Assembly (NCBI GenBank): GCA_029953675.1
Contig: JAMWBK010000006.1
Span: forward strand, 434,001 to 498,000
Length of the DNA: 64,000 nucleotides
Reading direction: 5' to 3'
From: Rhodosorus marinus CCMP1338
Lineage: Eukaryota; Plantae; Rhodophyta
Positions 49,600-60,726 of the stretch are shown piece by piece. Under the pieces are notes generated by a model, which had not been told where the DNA came from, ran no database searches, and worked only from the letters and a program-made list of their open reading frames with translations. Each line of letters starts with the position of its first letter. Positions within the stretch are counted from its first letter, which is position 1. A program made the translations under genes and the position numbers.

Positions 49600-50580
49600 A
49601 CGGAGCTACCATGGCAGAAGGCTACTGCACGAGCGTTAATCAGGTGTGTTGGAAATCTGTATGAGAACTATCATGCTCGTCTGTACCTCGAACACGCGAC
49701 GCCCGTTAGAAAGGAAAAGGATCGAGGCTTCCAACCGCCAGGCACTTAAAACCAACCCAAGCCAAGCGATTTGCCAAGCCTGGAGTAACAAAAAATGGCC
49801 TAGGAGAGCAAATGCTTCCACTGAGTCGCAGTGTAGTCCAACCCCTATGGCAAACTCAGCTACCATGCCACCGTCAAGAACTGATACTACAAGCCATGAA
49901 ACGAAAGTTATTTTCAACGTTTTCCACGAAGTATCTATTGCAACGCTTACAACACTAGTGCACTTGGACTCGGGGGCGTGAGGCAGTTGCTCAAATCATG
50001 CGCCACCACAAGGAGGTTAAGGAGGCTGTTGTACCAGGTGGCCCTCACGAATTTGAACATCCTGCAAGTCTCATAAACAGGTTTTCCCACAGGCCATGGA
50101 CGAATTCGGGTTCGTTCAGAGTTCAGAAACGGCTTGGCTTCGAGACAGTGCGATCGCGATGAAAATCACTAGCATCTCCTCTCTTCTTCCGTGGCTTTAA
50201 CCTCTGGTGTTCCAATGTGTCTTAGTCCTAGATGCCTGTTCTCTCTGTTTAGCGCAGCACTCCCCCATGGTGGTGATTTCTAAATAAATGAAGATGCATA
50301 CACTCAGCAAAACTGCAGTAACAACGTACTGTTTCATAAAAGTGGACCTGGGGCATGCCCCCCTTGTCCCAACTAAAGCAAGGCATGGACTTCAACCGTT
50401 TTTTGGGACATTGACAAACCATGTCGACGATTTCAACTTGCTAGTCCAGGTTCTTATGCCCCAATACTTGTCCTAATGCTTGATGTGAGGGTTTGCTCTG
50501 TTGCAGAAGGAGCTGAGGAGCTGGTCTGTTGTAGCCTGGAGAAAAGCTTCTGTCATCTCAAGAAGCAGTTCCATCTTTGT
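49600..50580 (+). mobile_element. Possible decayed hAT transposase with a BED finger, in the spacer of the inverted duplication
   Basis: ICMRTIMLVCTSNTRRPLERKR resembles the BED TSNLRRHL..KH motif; SLINRFSHRPWTN (S...D.WT), MHTLSKTAV (HTLNL.V) and VPT../WTST.F (PTRWNST) occur in the expected order but are fragmentary. Confidence 0.3.
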
Positions 50581-50622
50581 CATGAAATTTCAGTATCAAT
50601 AATTCATTTTTTATTAGGGTAT

Positions 50623-50985
50623 TCAATTTATTTTCATTATACGAATGAGTTTCAATATATTGTATTGTAGTTTTATTAAAGCATATGAGCTAAATGAGGC
50701 AAACTTTTTCATGAATATATAAAATAAATACTTCAGGCGCTCGTGGTTATGCACGACCCGCTGATGCCTTGTCAGAGAGCTTTTTGTCCCGTACAACTGG
50801 TTGCACTTGGGGCACAGATAGGATCGTTTCCGCCTCTGCAGAGCCTCCGCGGCCGTGAACGCTCTTTCGCCAACTCCCTCCCACTCATGTACATCTCCCC
50901 GTTCGCCGAGCAGGTTTCTCGTAACCCACTTGGAATCGAGAGGCAGCGGCTCAGTCTCCTTGCAAAGTAAATCCCTTATCTCCAT
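50623..50985 (-). pseudogene. 3'-truncated inverted copy of the C2H2 gene (finger 1 only, then an AT-rich-derived tail)
   Basis: Identical to the 48588 gene up to ..HNHER, then LKYLFYIFMKKF..MKIN* read from non-coding AT-rich DNA. Confidence 0.85.
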
Positions 50986-51208
50986 CTCTGTGCTATATAA
51001 AATTCCTCCACATCCAAAGTCAAACTTCACAACATCACACCTTGACAGCACTCAAAACAACCACGGAATTTTCTCCCTCTTTCGTTCGCGGAAACAAGGC
51101 AAAATCAAACAAACACTACTAGATTCACACCTCGAGAGACGCACACTCTCTATCGCCCCCCGCAACAAGAGGCCGCTTCCCTTCAACCCTCCGCTCCCCC
51201 CTTCGCCC
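50736..51208 (-). repeat. Right arm of the 473-bp inverted duplication
   Basis: Reverse complement of 48365-48837. Confidence 0.97.
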
Positions 51209-51532
51209 GATTGGAAAGTGGTCTGTCTTCCTTGATCTTGGGGCATATTCTGGTGCAGGATTGGGACATTGACGATTAGTAAAACGACATCTTTGTTAGT
51301 ACGGTTTACTGTATGTACTGTTGTGGGTCTTGACTTTCGCTGAGGAGGATGAAAATTTCAAGGACAGCTGTTTGTTGAACTTACGGGGATAGTTAGCGGC
51401 TGCGGTGGGATCGAGGATGACTATCTGTCTGTTCCCACTCTGGAGGTTCTTGGGATCTGATCGTTTTGAAATTTCATTGTACAGTATCCGATTTTCCTTT
51501 ATGTTTCTGAGGATGTTATCTTTTGAATTGCT

Positions 51533-52553
51533 ATGAAGGATCGAAAGTTACCATGGACGTCCGAGGTGGTATCTCGGTTGAGGAGGGTTGGACTGGGCGA
51601 GTTTCTGTTCGTGCTGTTGATATTGACACTGCTGATTGTGACTTTTCGAGGCGTACAATTGAAGAGGATGATCGCGAATAGACCTCGGGCAGCGCATTTT
51701 GCAACACGGGTTATCGGTCGGAAGATGGACGTGCACGCCAGAGTCCCGGGAGCAGAGGTTTTGGCTCAGTCTTATGCCGGTCGAATCATCGTTTCTGAGA
51801 AGCATAAGTTCATCTTCTGCCCGGTCCCAAAGGTCGCTAATTCGAACTGGAAATATCTCATTAGAAAGATTGAAGGCGCAAAGGACTATATGGATCTAAC
51901 ATTGGCTCACGATCAGGACACAAGCGGGCTTCGGTAAGTGTTGGATAGTCGCATCGCAGTTCTGAACAAGGATTCTTAAGCGAAGGCCCTTTTTGTTTTT
52001 CTGCATGTAAAATAGCTATTTGAGCGACTACTCTCCTGAAGAAGTAGAGTATCTTCTGTACAAGTCAGGATATCACAAATTTGTGTTTGTGCGGGACCCC
52101 TATACACGACTTCTGAGTGCGTATATGGACAAATTAGTGAACAAGTATGAGAGCAAGGAGGAGTATCGAATTTGGCTGGGGAAGTTGTACGACTGGAAAC
52201 ACGTACGGGAATCTGATTTCATCAACGATGCTCGCCCGTCATTCCAAGCTTTTGTGGATGAGCTCCTGAAGCAGGATCCAGATCGAATGAATGAACATTG
52301 GATGCCCCAGGCGTATGTTTGCGGGTTTGGCGAGGTCCCATATGACTTCGTGGGTCGGTTTGAAAACATCGAACGGGATGCTAGTCGTGTTCTGCAGAAG
52401 ATAGGAGCTCAGGATGAGGACTTTCCCTCTCAAGAACAGATCGGATTCGCAGCAACAGGCTCAAGTCAACTTGTTGATGAGTTCTACACACTAGATATCA
52501 TGCTCAAGGCCAGAATCCTGTACGATGTGGACTTCACCATCCTTGGCTACTGA
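51533..52553 (+). CDS. Golgi-type carbohydrate sulfotransferase, Sulfotransfer_2 family (CHST8-14/HNK-1ST-like), 2 exons (intron 51934-52015)
   Basis: Type II TM (FLFVLLILTLLIVTF); 5'-PSB IIVSEKHKFIFCPVPKVANSNWK; 3'-PB FVFVRDPYTRLLSAY; HWMPQ...C; YDFVGRFENIERD; LYDVDF.ILGY. Confidence 0.92.
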
Positions 52554-52754
52554 GAACTGGCAGGACCTCGAGCCACACGTACGTCTTCTCAGGAACTGGT
52601 GTCGCAAACTGCCCAACCCCAGGTTTGTGTTTTGATATCAAGAGTCAACTCTTGACTTGACCGTGAGGAATGCCGGAGAGGTCAGATCGTTTGACACTCG
52701 AAAAGAGAATAACTAGCGCCTGAAGACTCAGGCCTTGAACACGCAATTGCCTGA

Positions 52755-53600
52755 TCAATACGATTGGGGCAGAGCAAGAGTCCCGTTGAAATAATAGGGT
52801 TCGTCGCTCAGTGTTTCGGTCAGAATGAAGTTGAAGACAGATATCCGTTCCTTCTCGCCCCAGCGCTTCTCTGCATCCTATCTGGAAGCACTGTCTGCTG
52901 AGGATTCCTGCTCCGTATCGGGCAGTAGAGACGGGACGTGGTACTGGCAGAGCAGCACGGGAGGTCATGAAGACCACAAGCCGTGGTGCTCAAAGCAAAA
53001 CGGCTTTCTCGCGCTCTCAGATGATTTTGCTTAATCTATCCGTTGCTGAGGTCATGACCTGACTCTGTCACTGCTGTACATACAAAGACGAACAAGGGCT
53101 ATGAACTTCCTCACCGTAGTGGGCGATCAACGCGTTAGTTCCGACGAACGCCGTGATCAATCTCCGCCACACATTCTGTTATTTGTAGAACGCAGAAGCG
53201 AAAAGGGCAAAACCGCCAGTGATCTTTGTCCTGTGAGGACGAGGTTCCCATGTAAAGAACAACAAAGCACTAGCATGGATACCTTTTCACCGAATCCGGA
53301 CTCCACATCGTCTACCATGGAAGGGTCGGATCACGCTCGCCCTTGGACGACAGCTAGCATCAACATGTTCACGTTCGTTGGGTTCGTAACTTGAAAATTG
53401 AGATCCACCGTCGAAGAATTCTCTCAACCCACCCGAAGAGAGAAATTATGACATCTCCCGTTGAGCACTTCGTCTTCAATAGGCAGTAATTGATAAATTG
53501 TTGGACTCGGATCGTCGTTGACATCTTCTTCAAAAGAGACAAGCGAACCCATTCTCGTCTTCTTGAGCGGGCAGGGAAGGTTAGGGTGACTGTGATCGTC
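52755..53600 (-). CDS. Possible small multi-exon hypothetical gene
   Basis: Protein-like exon candidates bounded by splice sites: ..SLVSFEEDVNDDPSPTIYQLLPIEDEVLNG.. and ag|DAEKRWGEKERISVFNFILTETLSDEPYYFNGTLALPQSY*. The chain was not resolved. Confidence 0.25.
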
Positions 53601-53727
53601 GTTGACAACTGTGAGGAAGAGACGAGAAACGGAGGGTTTTGCTTTTTGGGAAGGTTGGCTGATGTTTGTTCATTGGAAACTAACCTAGTCTAGAACCGGA
53701 TCGAAGAGCAAGGACTTGAAGTGAGAA

Positions 53728-55140
53728 ATGGTGTGCTTTGCATTCCCAGGTTTGGGATTGAGATCGAGATGTGGGCAGAGGGTGACTATGTGTTCTGGAG
53801 ATGGAGGGGGTCAGAGGTTTGATCTGGTCACTCTCGGCAATGTGGTCGTGGATATATTGGTGCCGATGGTCGAGTTTCCAGTTGTAGCTGGTGGACATCA
53901 GGATCTTAGGGGTGGAGGGGTTGGCTTGTCTCCTGGTGGGGCGAGCAACGCTCTGATTGTGGGTTCGAGGCTTGGAATGCATACGTCCGCGGTAGATTGG
54001 CTTGGTGAAGACGCGTTTGGAGACTTTCTTCTAAACAAGCTGTCGTCTCTTGGAGTGGGGACTGACGGGATTGAGCGGCGGCCGGGGCAGAGTCTTGCAT
54101 GTGTGATCCTTGTCAGCGAAAGCGGAGAGCATACATTCATTGCCAGCAACGAGAAACCCACAGCGCAATTCGATCCGCAGATCAGCAACGATTCCGCTTT
54201 GAAGAGTCTACCCTCCTCTTTTACAAGAACAATATCCAACGCCAACGCATTGCTTGTTGATGGATATGCTCTGGACGATCTCCCGTTCAACACTCTTCTC
54301 GGTGCAGTACGAAATCAAGACCCATCCCCCTTCCCACAGCAACCAAACCAAAAGCCGAAAAAGTACTCTCAGATAGGGATCGATCCAGATCGGGAAAGGA
54401 GCTTCAACTCATAACCTCAATTCATACTTATATACCAAGTTTCGTTTGTTTCTGGCCTCATGTACCCACCAACAACCAACGACGGCTACCTTAACAACAG
54501 ATTCAACTCTCACAAAAGAACGGATGTGAATTCTGGTTCGATCCACAAGCAGCAGCTGGTACCCTCCGGAAGACCAACAAAGACCTAACTGAATTCCTCC
54601 TCAGCTCATCAACCGGTCTCGTCGTTACTGAAGATGAACTTGAAGCCTTCACATCACAATCATCGGCAAGCCAGGTTCTCTCGTCCTATCCAAACATCAA
54701 ATACTGCATTGTCAAGCAGGGATCAAGCGGATGTCAAGTCGCACACCGAAACGAGAAGGATGGCGCTCTGGAACAACACAGCATCCAAGCTTTTGACATC
54801 GGAGACTCTTATAGAGACAGTACTGGAGCCGGCGACAGCTTCATCGCTGGATTCATCACTGGACTGGGGTGAGAGAGGCAGCGGCTAAAAACAGTATACG
54901 CTCCTGACGATAAGCAAGTCTTCCTTGGTCTTCCTAACCCGCCCGCCTTTCGTTGCCTTCCTCATCCTCAGGAAAGGATTGGAGCTACAAGACTGTGCTA
55001 TACTCGCGAACGCAGTCGGTGCAGCGACTTGTATGAACAGCGGAGCCGGAGAGAATGTCGCCGATTTAAACCAGGTCATGTCCGTTCTTGAACAGACCTC
55101 GAATGCCGAGCTGCTGCTACGTAAACTCGGCCATAATTAG
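53728..55140 (+). CDS. pfkB/ribokinase-family carbohydrate kinase, with a probable plastid transit peptide
   Basis: DLVTLGNVVVDI, PGGASNALIVGSRLG, LGEDAFG, signature DSTGAGDSFIAGF and ANAVGAATC; N-terminus MVCFAFPGLGLRSRC. Confidence 0.9.
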
Positions 55141-56976
55141 ATCGGACGACTTGCCTTTTGTCTCCGGGAAGAACTTCACCGTGAACAGAGTGAAAAAGCC
55201 CAGGAAAATCGCGAATGGGAGGAAGGAGAAGTTTCCCAACAGCTCAGCGAGCGGCAAGTAGATCAAGCCGATGATGAAATTGGATCCCCAATTCGATGCA
55301 CAGGCGATAGAGGCCGCGGATGCCACCGCGTTGGTAGGAAAGAGTTCTGCAAGTAGAAGCCATGGTATTGGTCCCAGACCTGTTTGTGGATGCAAATGGC
55401 GATCAGACGAACGTGGAAATAAGATACACAAAGAAGGAAACGACGAAGAAGTCCTTGCTGCTAAGTCCGGCAAGAAATGAAAAAGATACGAGCCGCTTAC
55501 CGATGGCAAAGGAGACCACGAAGAACACCAGGAATAGTGCCGAAAACTTGTCGGCATGAGTGCAAAACGCGATGACAATCAGCACGGACGACAAAGTCAT
55601 ACAACTGGAGCTCCAGAGAAGTAGCGGTTTACGTCCAAGTCGATCGATTAGGTAGGTAGCAACCATCACGGCGACGATGTTGATGCCAGATAGCGTCAGG
55701 CTTAGTAGCTGGGCGACGCTCTGAGAATTGAAGACTTTGATGAAGATCGGTGTTGAGTACTAAAACAAGGAAAACAAGAGCGGCGAAAGAAATGCTTTTT
55801 CGGGTTTGGTTTCCTGTGGTACAAGTTCTCCTCTTCGAGGAACTCTGTTGGTGTCGAACAAGGTAAAGAGACTATGAAGGCGGCCTTTGCTCACGTAGAA
55901 GACAACGTTGATGCCGGAGAACTGCTGACTGATGTGGAGAACACACGCGATAAGGACTAGAACTTTCAATCCGTAAGGGGCGTTGAACAACAGCGACGAC
56001 ATGGAGTATTGGGTTCCCTTGGATGTCTCGGAGACACCCTCAACGAGTTCATCTAGTTCGATCTCAGCTGCGCTGAAGTCTCGCAGCTGTTGAAGTGAGC
56101 TTCTCGCTTGGTTTTCGTTCCCTTTCATGACCAAGTACCTGAATAGGTATTTAGCAAAGTTCAGCCGGGGTCGTAAGCTTGGAAGGTGTAGAGACCAAGC
56201 ACACTGGTCATCTGTGGCTGCGAACACAAGTAACGCACCTCGGGGACTCAGGTATGAGGTACAGAAGAACAAGCTGGAAGATTGACACCGCGGCAGTGAT
56301 GAACAGGAGCAACCTCCAGACGAACGTTTTCGCCAATGCGATGCCAGCCAGCTGGCTCGCAAGGATGCCGACGTTGATTACCATCTGATTGAGGGTACCA
56401 ATACCGCCTCGTCTGGACGGTGGTGCGATTTCTCCGAGGTAGAGTGGGACAACTGCCGTTGACGCTCCACAGGCAAAGCCGACGATCAGTCGTCCGATTA
56501 CAAGGAAGGCGACATTGTTTGAAATCATGAGAACGCAACCAGCAATTATGAAGATGCAGGCGACGATCTTGGATGTCCCTCTCCGGCCATATCGATCAGC
56601 CATTTGGGCTCCAATAATCCCTCCAGCGAGTCCACCAACGCAAAATGCAGAGACAACCACTCCCCACATCACATCTGACATTGCTACGCAGCTCTTCAGT
56701 CCCGTAGTGGTTCTATTCAGACAAAAAAGAGGGTAGAAAAGCATCAAATGGATATTCAGACGAAAGCCTAATGGACTTCAAGATCGATGAACAGAGTCGA
56801 TGTCAACGGCATGGCACCACATACTCCAGATGGTGAGGCTCCTCGGGACAATTCTGAATCGCGACTTTCGCATTGTTCATTACTCCTACGTTCCACCCAT
56901 ATCCGAACGAACCGAAAAGGATTGTCGTTACAGGCAAGATCAACTTCCTCGTGGATTGTCTTTCATTTTCATCCAT
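55117..56976 (-). CDS. MFS sugar porter (GLUT/SLC2-like hexose transporter), multi-exon
   Basis: FGSFGYGWNVGVMN, ADRYGRR, VVPLYLGEIAP..RGGIGTLNQ, PESPR, SQQFSGINVVFY, IDRLGRKPLL, GLGPIPWLLLAELFP, SNWGSNFIIG and PETKGKS. Confidence 0.93.
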
Positions 56977-57794
56977 TCCAAACGCAAAAGAGCAGATACA
57001 GATGAACTGCATCAATCCATCCGCTCTACTCTCTCAAAGAACAGCTCTCTTGCACAGACCCAATAAACGAAAGAACAAAAAACCAGAAGATCCTTCTCTT
57101 AACAGGAAGAAGCAATGGAAAAAAGAAGAAGGGGACGATAAAGCCGCGCTTCCAACAGAATCGTTCTTCATCAATAGGAAGCAACCATCACGTTCTCCAT
57201 TCTCATCATACCATACCAAAACGAACAAAAAAATGGCTTGTCTAAAAGTTTCCATAATATAAATCCTACCACATAATTTCCTCGTTCTCTCGTGTTTTAA
57301 ATTTTACTGAATATCATTATTTATCTGTGTAACGATCACCAATTAAAATCACGCTTCATTTCATACAGAGAGTAAATTTTAAAGTTTTATGTTCTAAAAT
57401 ATAATATGAATAATATAAATAGATAAGAACAAAGACGAAGGTCGAAATAATTTCGTTTTTTATTATATTTTTGCAAGCTTTCACTGGAGAACGTTTTTCG
57501 GTCTAGCATACAGTCGAGAGTGACGATGACTTGTTCTCCATCGGAGCAAGGACAGGTCCGTATCAATCTACAGATATGCTCTTCTGCATCACTTTCTGAT
57601 CTACCCGGTGAATGCCTCACATTATTTCCGTCCCGGGTGGTTCTCAAAAGCTCGTTGCGCTCATCTCACGAGGGAGGAGGTTCCGGAACTGACCGGTGGC
57701 GTTTGCGCAAGCGGGCCGGGGTTCCGCAGAAGATCAGAAGGTCGGGCTCAGGTGAAATGGAGTTAGGATCACCAAGCTGCGTTTACGGCTTTGC

Positions 57795-59498
57795 CTAATT
57801 CCATCTCTTGAAGAGCTCCAGGGATTTCTGCCCAGCGACTGTCAACGGAAGGCCATAAACCCAGGGCGACCAACGGTAAAAACAGAACACCGTGCCGACG
57901 ATAATAACCGCGCCAACGTTGGTTTTCACAACTCTCGGCAAGTGATTCATCAACAGTCCTGCCAACAAAATGGCATAGTAAAGTCCAGGTATGTAGTGGT
58001 AGATGAATGCTGCTCGCTGGACGAAGATGAAGGGAAGCAAGTTGAGCCAGTAGGTCAAAAGCAAGATCATTGCAGGCCCCAACCAGTCAAATGGCAGCTC
58101 GATCTTGTACTGGTCCAGTGGGTGCTTCTCTTTCGGCTTCCGCCGCAGTCTTACTCGGTTTACGTTGTACAGAACAATTAACATCACGCAGACGACAACA
58201 CTGGCCGCGACAAGCAGCACCGCAGGGTTGCCAATTAGGTAGATTTTCCGCTCTTGACCCCCCGCACTGTTGTTCCAGTACAAAATTCCTCTCATATCCA
58301 GGATCCACTCGTACCATTTGGACTCCCAAGGGTGTCGGACTTTTATACTCTTATTGCTCCTGAACATTTGCACATTTTTGGTTAAGAAGAGGTCCGGAAA
58401 GAAGGGTTTTCTCTTCGCACTAGCGTCGAAGTGCTTGTTACCAATCAACGTCGCCTGGTAGTGAGGTGGCAGGAAAGGATCTCCCATTCCAGAGTAAACA
58501 GATAGTGCAAAGTGCACCCAATCCGCAAAAATGTAAATAGAAAGCCCGGAAGCCGCTGCAGCCACGCATTCAATAATTGACAGTCGTGACGTTGGTAGGA
58601 AAAGACCGAAGAACGATACAATCGCGATGATACCAGGCGTCGCGAGTGTTGTCCACTTAATGCCAAGGGCACAGCCGGCGAAGAACCCAGTGACCAAGAC
58701 CATGAACCAACGGGATGTGGTTTTCGGCGGCTGTTTCCACAAATAAAGGGCACTAAGAAGTGCCATTTGAGAGAAGAAAAGAACTTGCGAATCCACCAGC
58801 ACAAACCGCGATTCGATTAAGATCATGGTTTCACATAGTACCATAGTACCAGTGGTGAACGAAGAAACGAAGTCACATCCTAACGCTCGTGAAGTCAGGT
58901 AAGTCAGGGCGGGGTGGAAGACACCAAAGAACGCTGAGGTTTGACGAAGCGAAACAAAAGATTCCGTCGAAGGATAGACCTTCCCTATCTATAATAGTAG
59001 ACGACGAGAGGTTGAGAACAACAAACTGAGTGTTGTAGTGAGCCCCAACAACTAGTATTGTGGCAGCAGCATAGAAGCTTCAGTGGTTTCTAGGTGGTGG
59101 GTAGCTGTTCATACCTTATCCGCACCGAAGTCTCCGGGTTGAAATCCACCCATGTAGCCACCCAGAAGCAGCAGAAGCTTTCCGAGGGGGGGATGAATAT
59201 CGAACAAGTGCGTTTTCCTCCAATACATCGCAATGAAATCCCAGAAATGGTACTCGTCGAATACGACGGCTGCTGGCTCCGCGATCTTGTAAAACCGGGT
59301 GATGAATGATGACACGAGCAAAATAACCACCAAAGTAACGTCGATCCAATTCACACTACCAAGTAACTTCGTCAACGCCGCGATCATCGCCGGCTTCTTA
59401 ACCCGTGGCTCATCCGCAGTCTCATCCGGCGCTGATTTTGTCTGCAAAGTTTGGTGTTGCTTTATAGCCCGCTTCCTCGCTCCCGTAAGCTTCGCCAT
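57795..59498 (-). CDS. PMT: Dolichyl-phosphate-mannose:protein O-mannosyltransferase (GT39/PMT), lacking the MIR domain; 2 exons (intron 58989-59114), about 525 aa
   Basis: TRFYKI.EP..VVFDEYHF (DE motif), FDIHPPLGKLL, IESRFVLVD, LGIKW, HF....SG.GD.F....YQATLIG, HPWESKW..W....RGI.YW, IYLIGNP, and RAAFIYHYIP.LY. Confidence 0.93.
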
Positions 59499-60726
59499 AG
59501 CTCAGGCGAGGAAACCAATAGGCACAAAACCAAGACGTTACTGTTCCACAAAAAAACACCAAACTACGACACACCGCCCTTTCCACCAAGTTAAACCACA
59601 CCCTGCATCAACCTCCCCACTTAAAAACTAGTCCATCTCCTGAACTACCAACAAGACAAAGCAAAGAAAACTAAGTATCAAATACCTCTCCAAAGACGCT
59701 ACAAAGACAATCCTAAGACGCTCCTAAGCTCATGAAACGCTCCTCAGATGCTCTTAAGACGCACATCGCCCTCTGACGAGCTCTCCAAGATCGGCTGGGC
59801 CGAATTCCTCCGGTAAGCCAGCAAAAAGACAGGACAATAAGGATATTTCCTTTCCCTTCTTAAAGCGTCATCTATATTCAATCTTTTTAAATGACTGAAC
59901 ATATTTGTTTCATGAATAATATATTTAAAGTCATAATATAGATTGAAATTAGGAGTGACACTTATCTAGGTTCCATACGCAATCTGGCTAGCGATCATGA
60001 AAGCGTCATAAGTATTCAGTCTATATGAGCTCATAGTTTTCATATAATATATTAAACAACACGAAACAGATTGAATTTGTAGATGACGCTTATCTAGACA
60101 ACAAAGATTTGTTTTTCCGTACCTGATTACAGCTGCACAACGGACTATCAAAAAAGCAGAAAGTCAAAAAAATAAAGATATCTGAGAAAGCTAGTTTAGT
60201 ACTTGAAATATAGTGTACAATAAAATACGAAAGTATGTCACGGTCGGCGACGTGGGTGACGAATAAAAACTATTTAAACCTACTAATTGTATTTTCCAAG
60301 TAAATATCAAGTTGCTTTGTGGTATTCAGTTTATGCAATTATTTCTATTCTAACGTAAAAATATATAAACATCAATATTTTGACGAAAAAAAATTGAAAT
60401 TATCTCACAAAGAGACAATAATCAAAATAATGAAAATTATTAGAAGATGGCCAAAATTTCAATAAATTCAATAATACGGGTTTCATGGGAGACGTTTTGT
60501 AAATACGGTTAGAACAAGAACTGTTGATGCAGGAATTTTGTTTTTTTTTCTTGAATTTTTTAGTCAGAGTGGGAGTTGCTCTTCTTAGTGTCGTAAGAGG
60601 CGGTTGGGACGGGAGTGACGGACTTGGTTGGAGTGCGTTGGTTAGGGGTTGACCGATTGATGGTATGTACGATTTTGTTTTTATTCGTAGACTTGTGTAG
60701 AAGTATATAAACAGGATTTAATACCA

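Noticed and set aside
48356-51217. Inverted arms as TIRs of a Pack-MULE or foldback element
   Set aside because: Flanks (GGCAGAGGG vs GATTGGAAA) show no target-site duplication, and the arms are host gene sequence contiguous with an intact gene.
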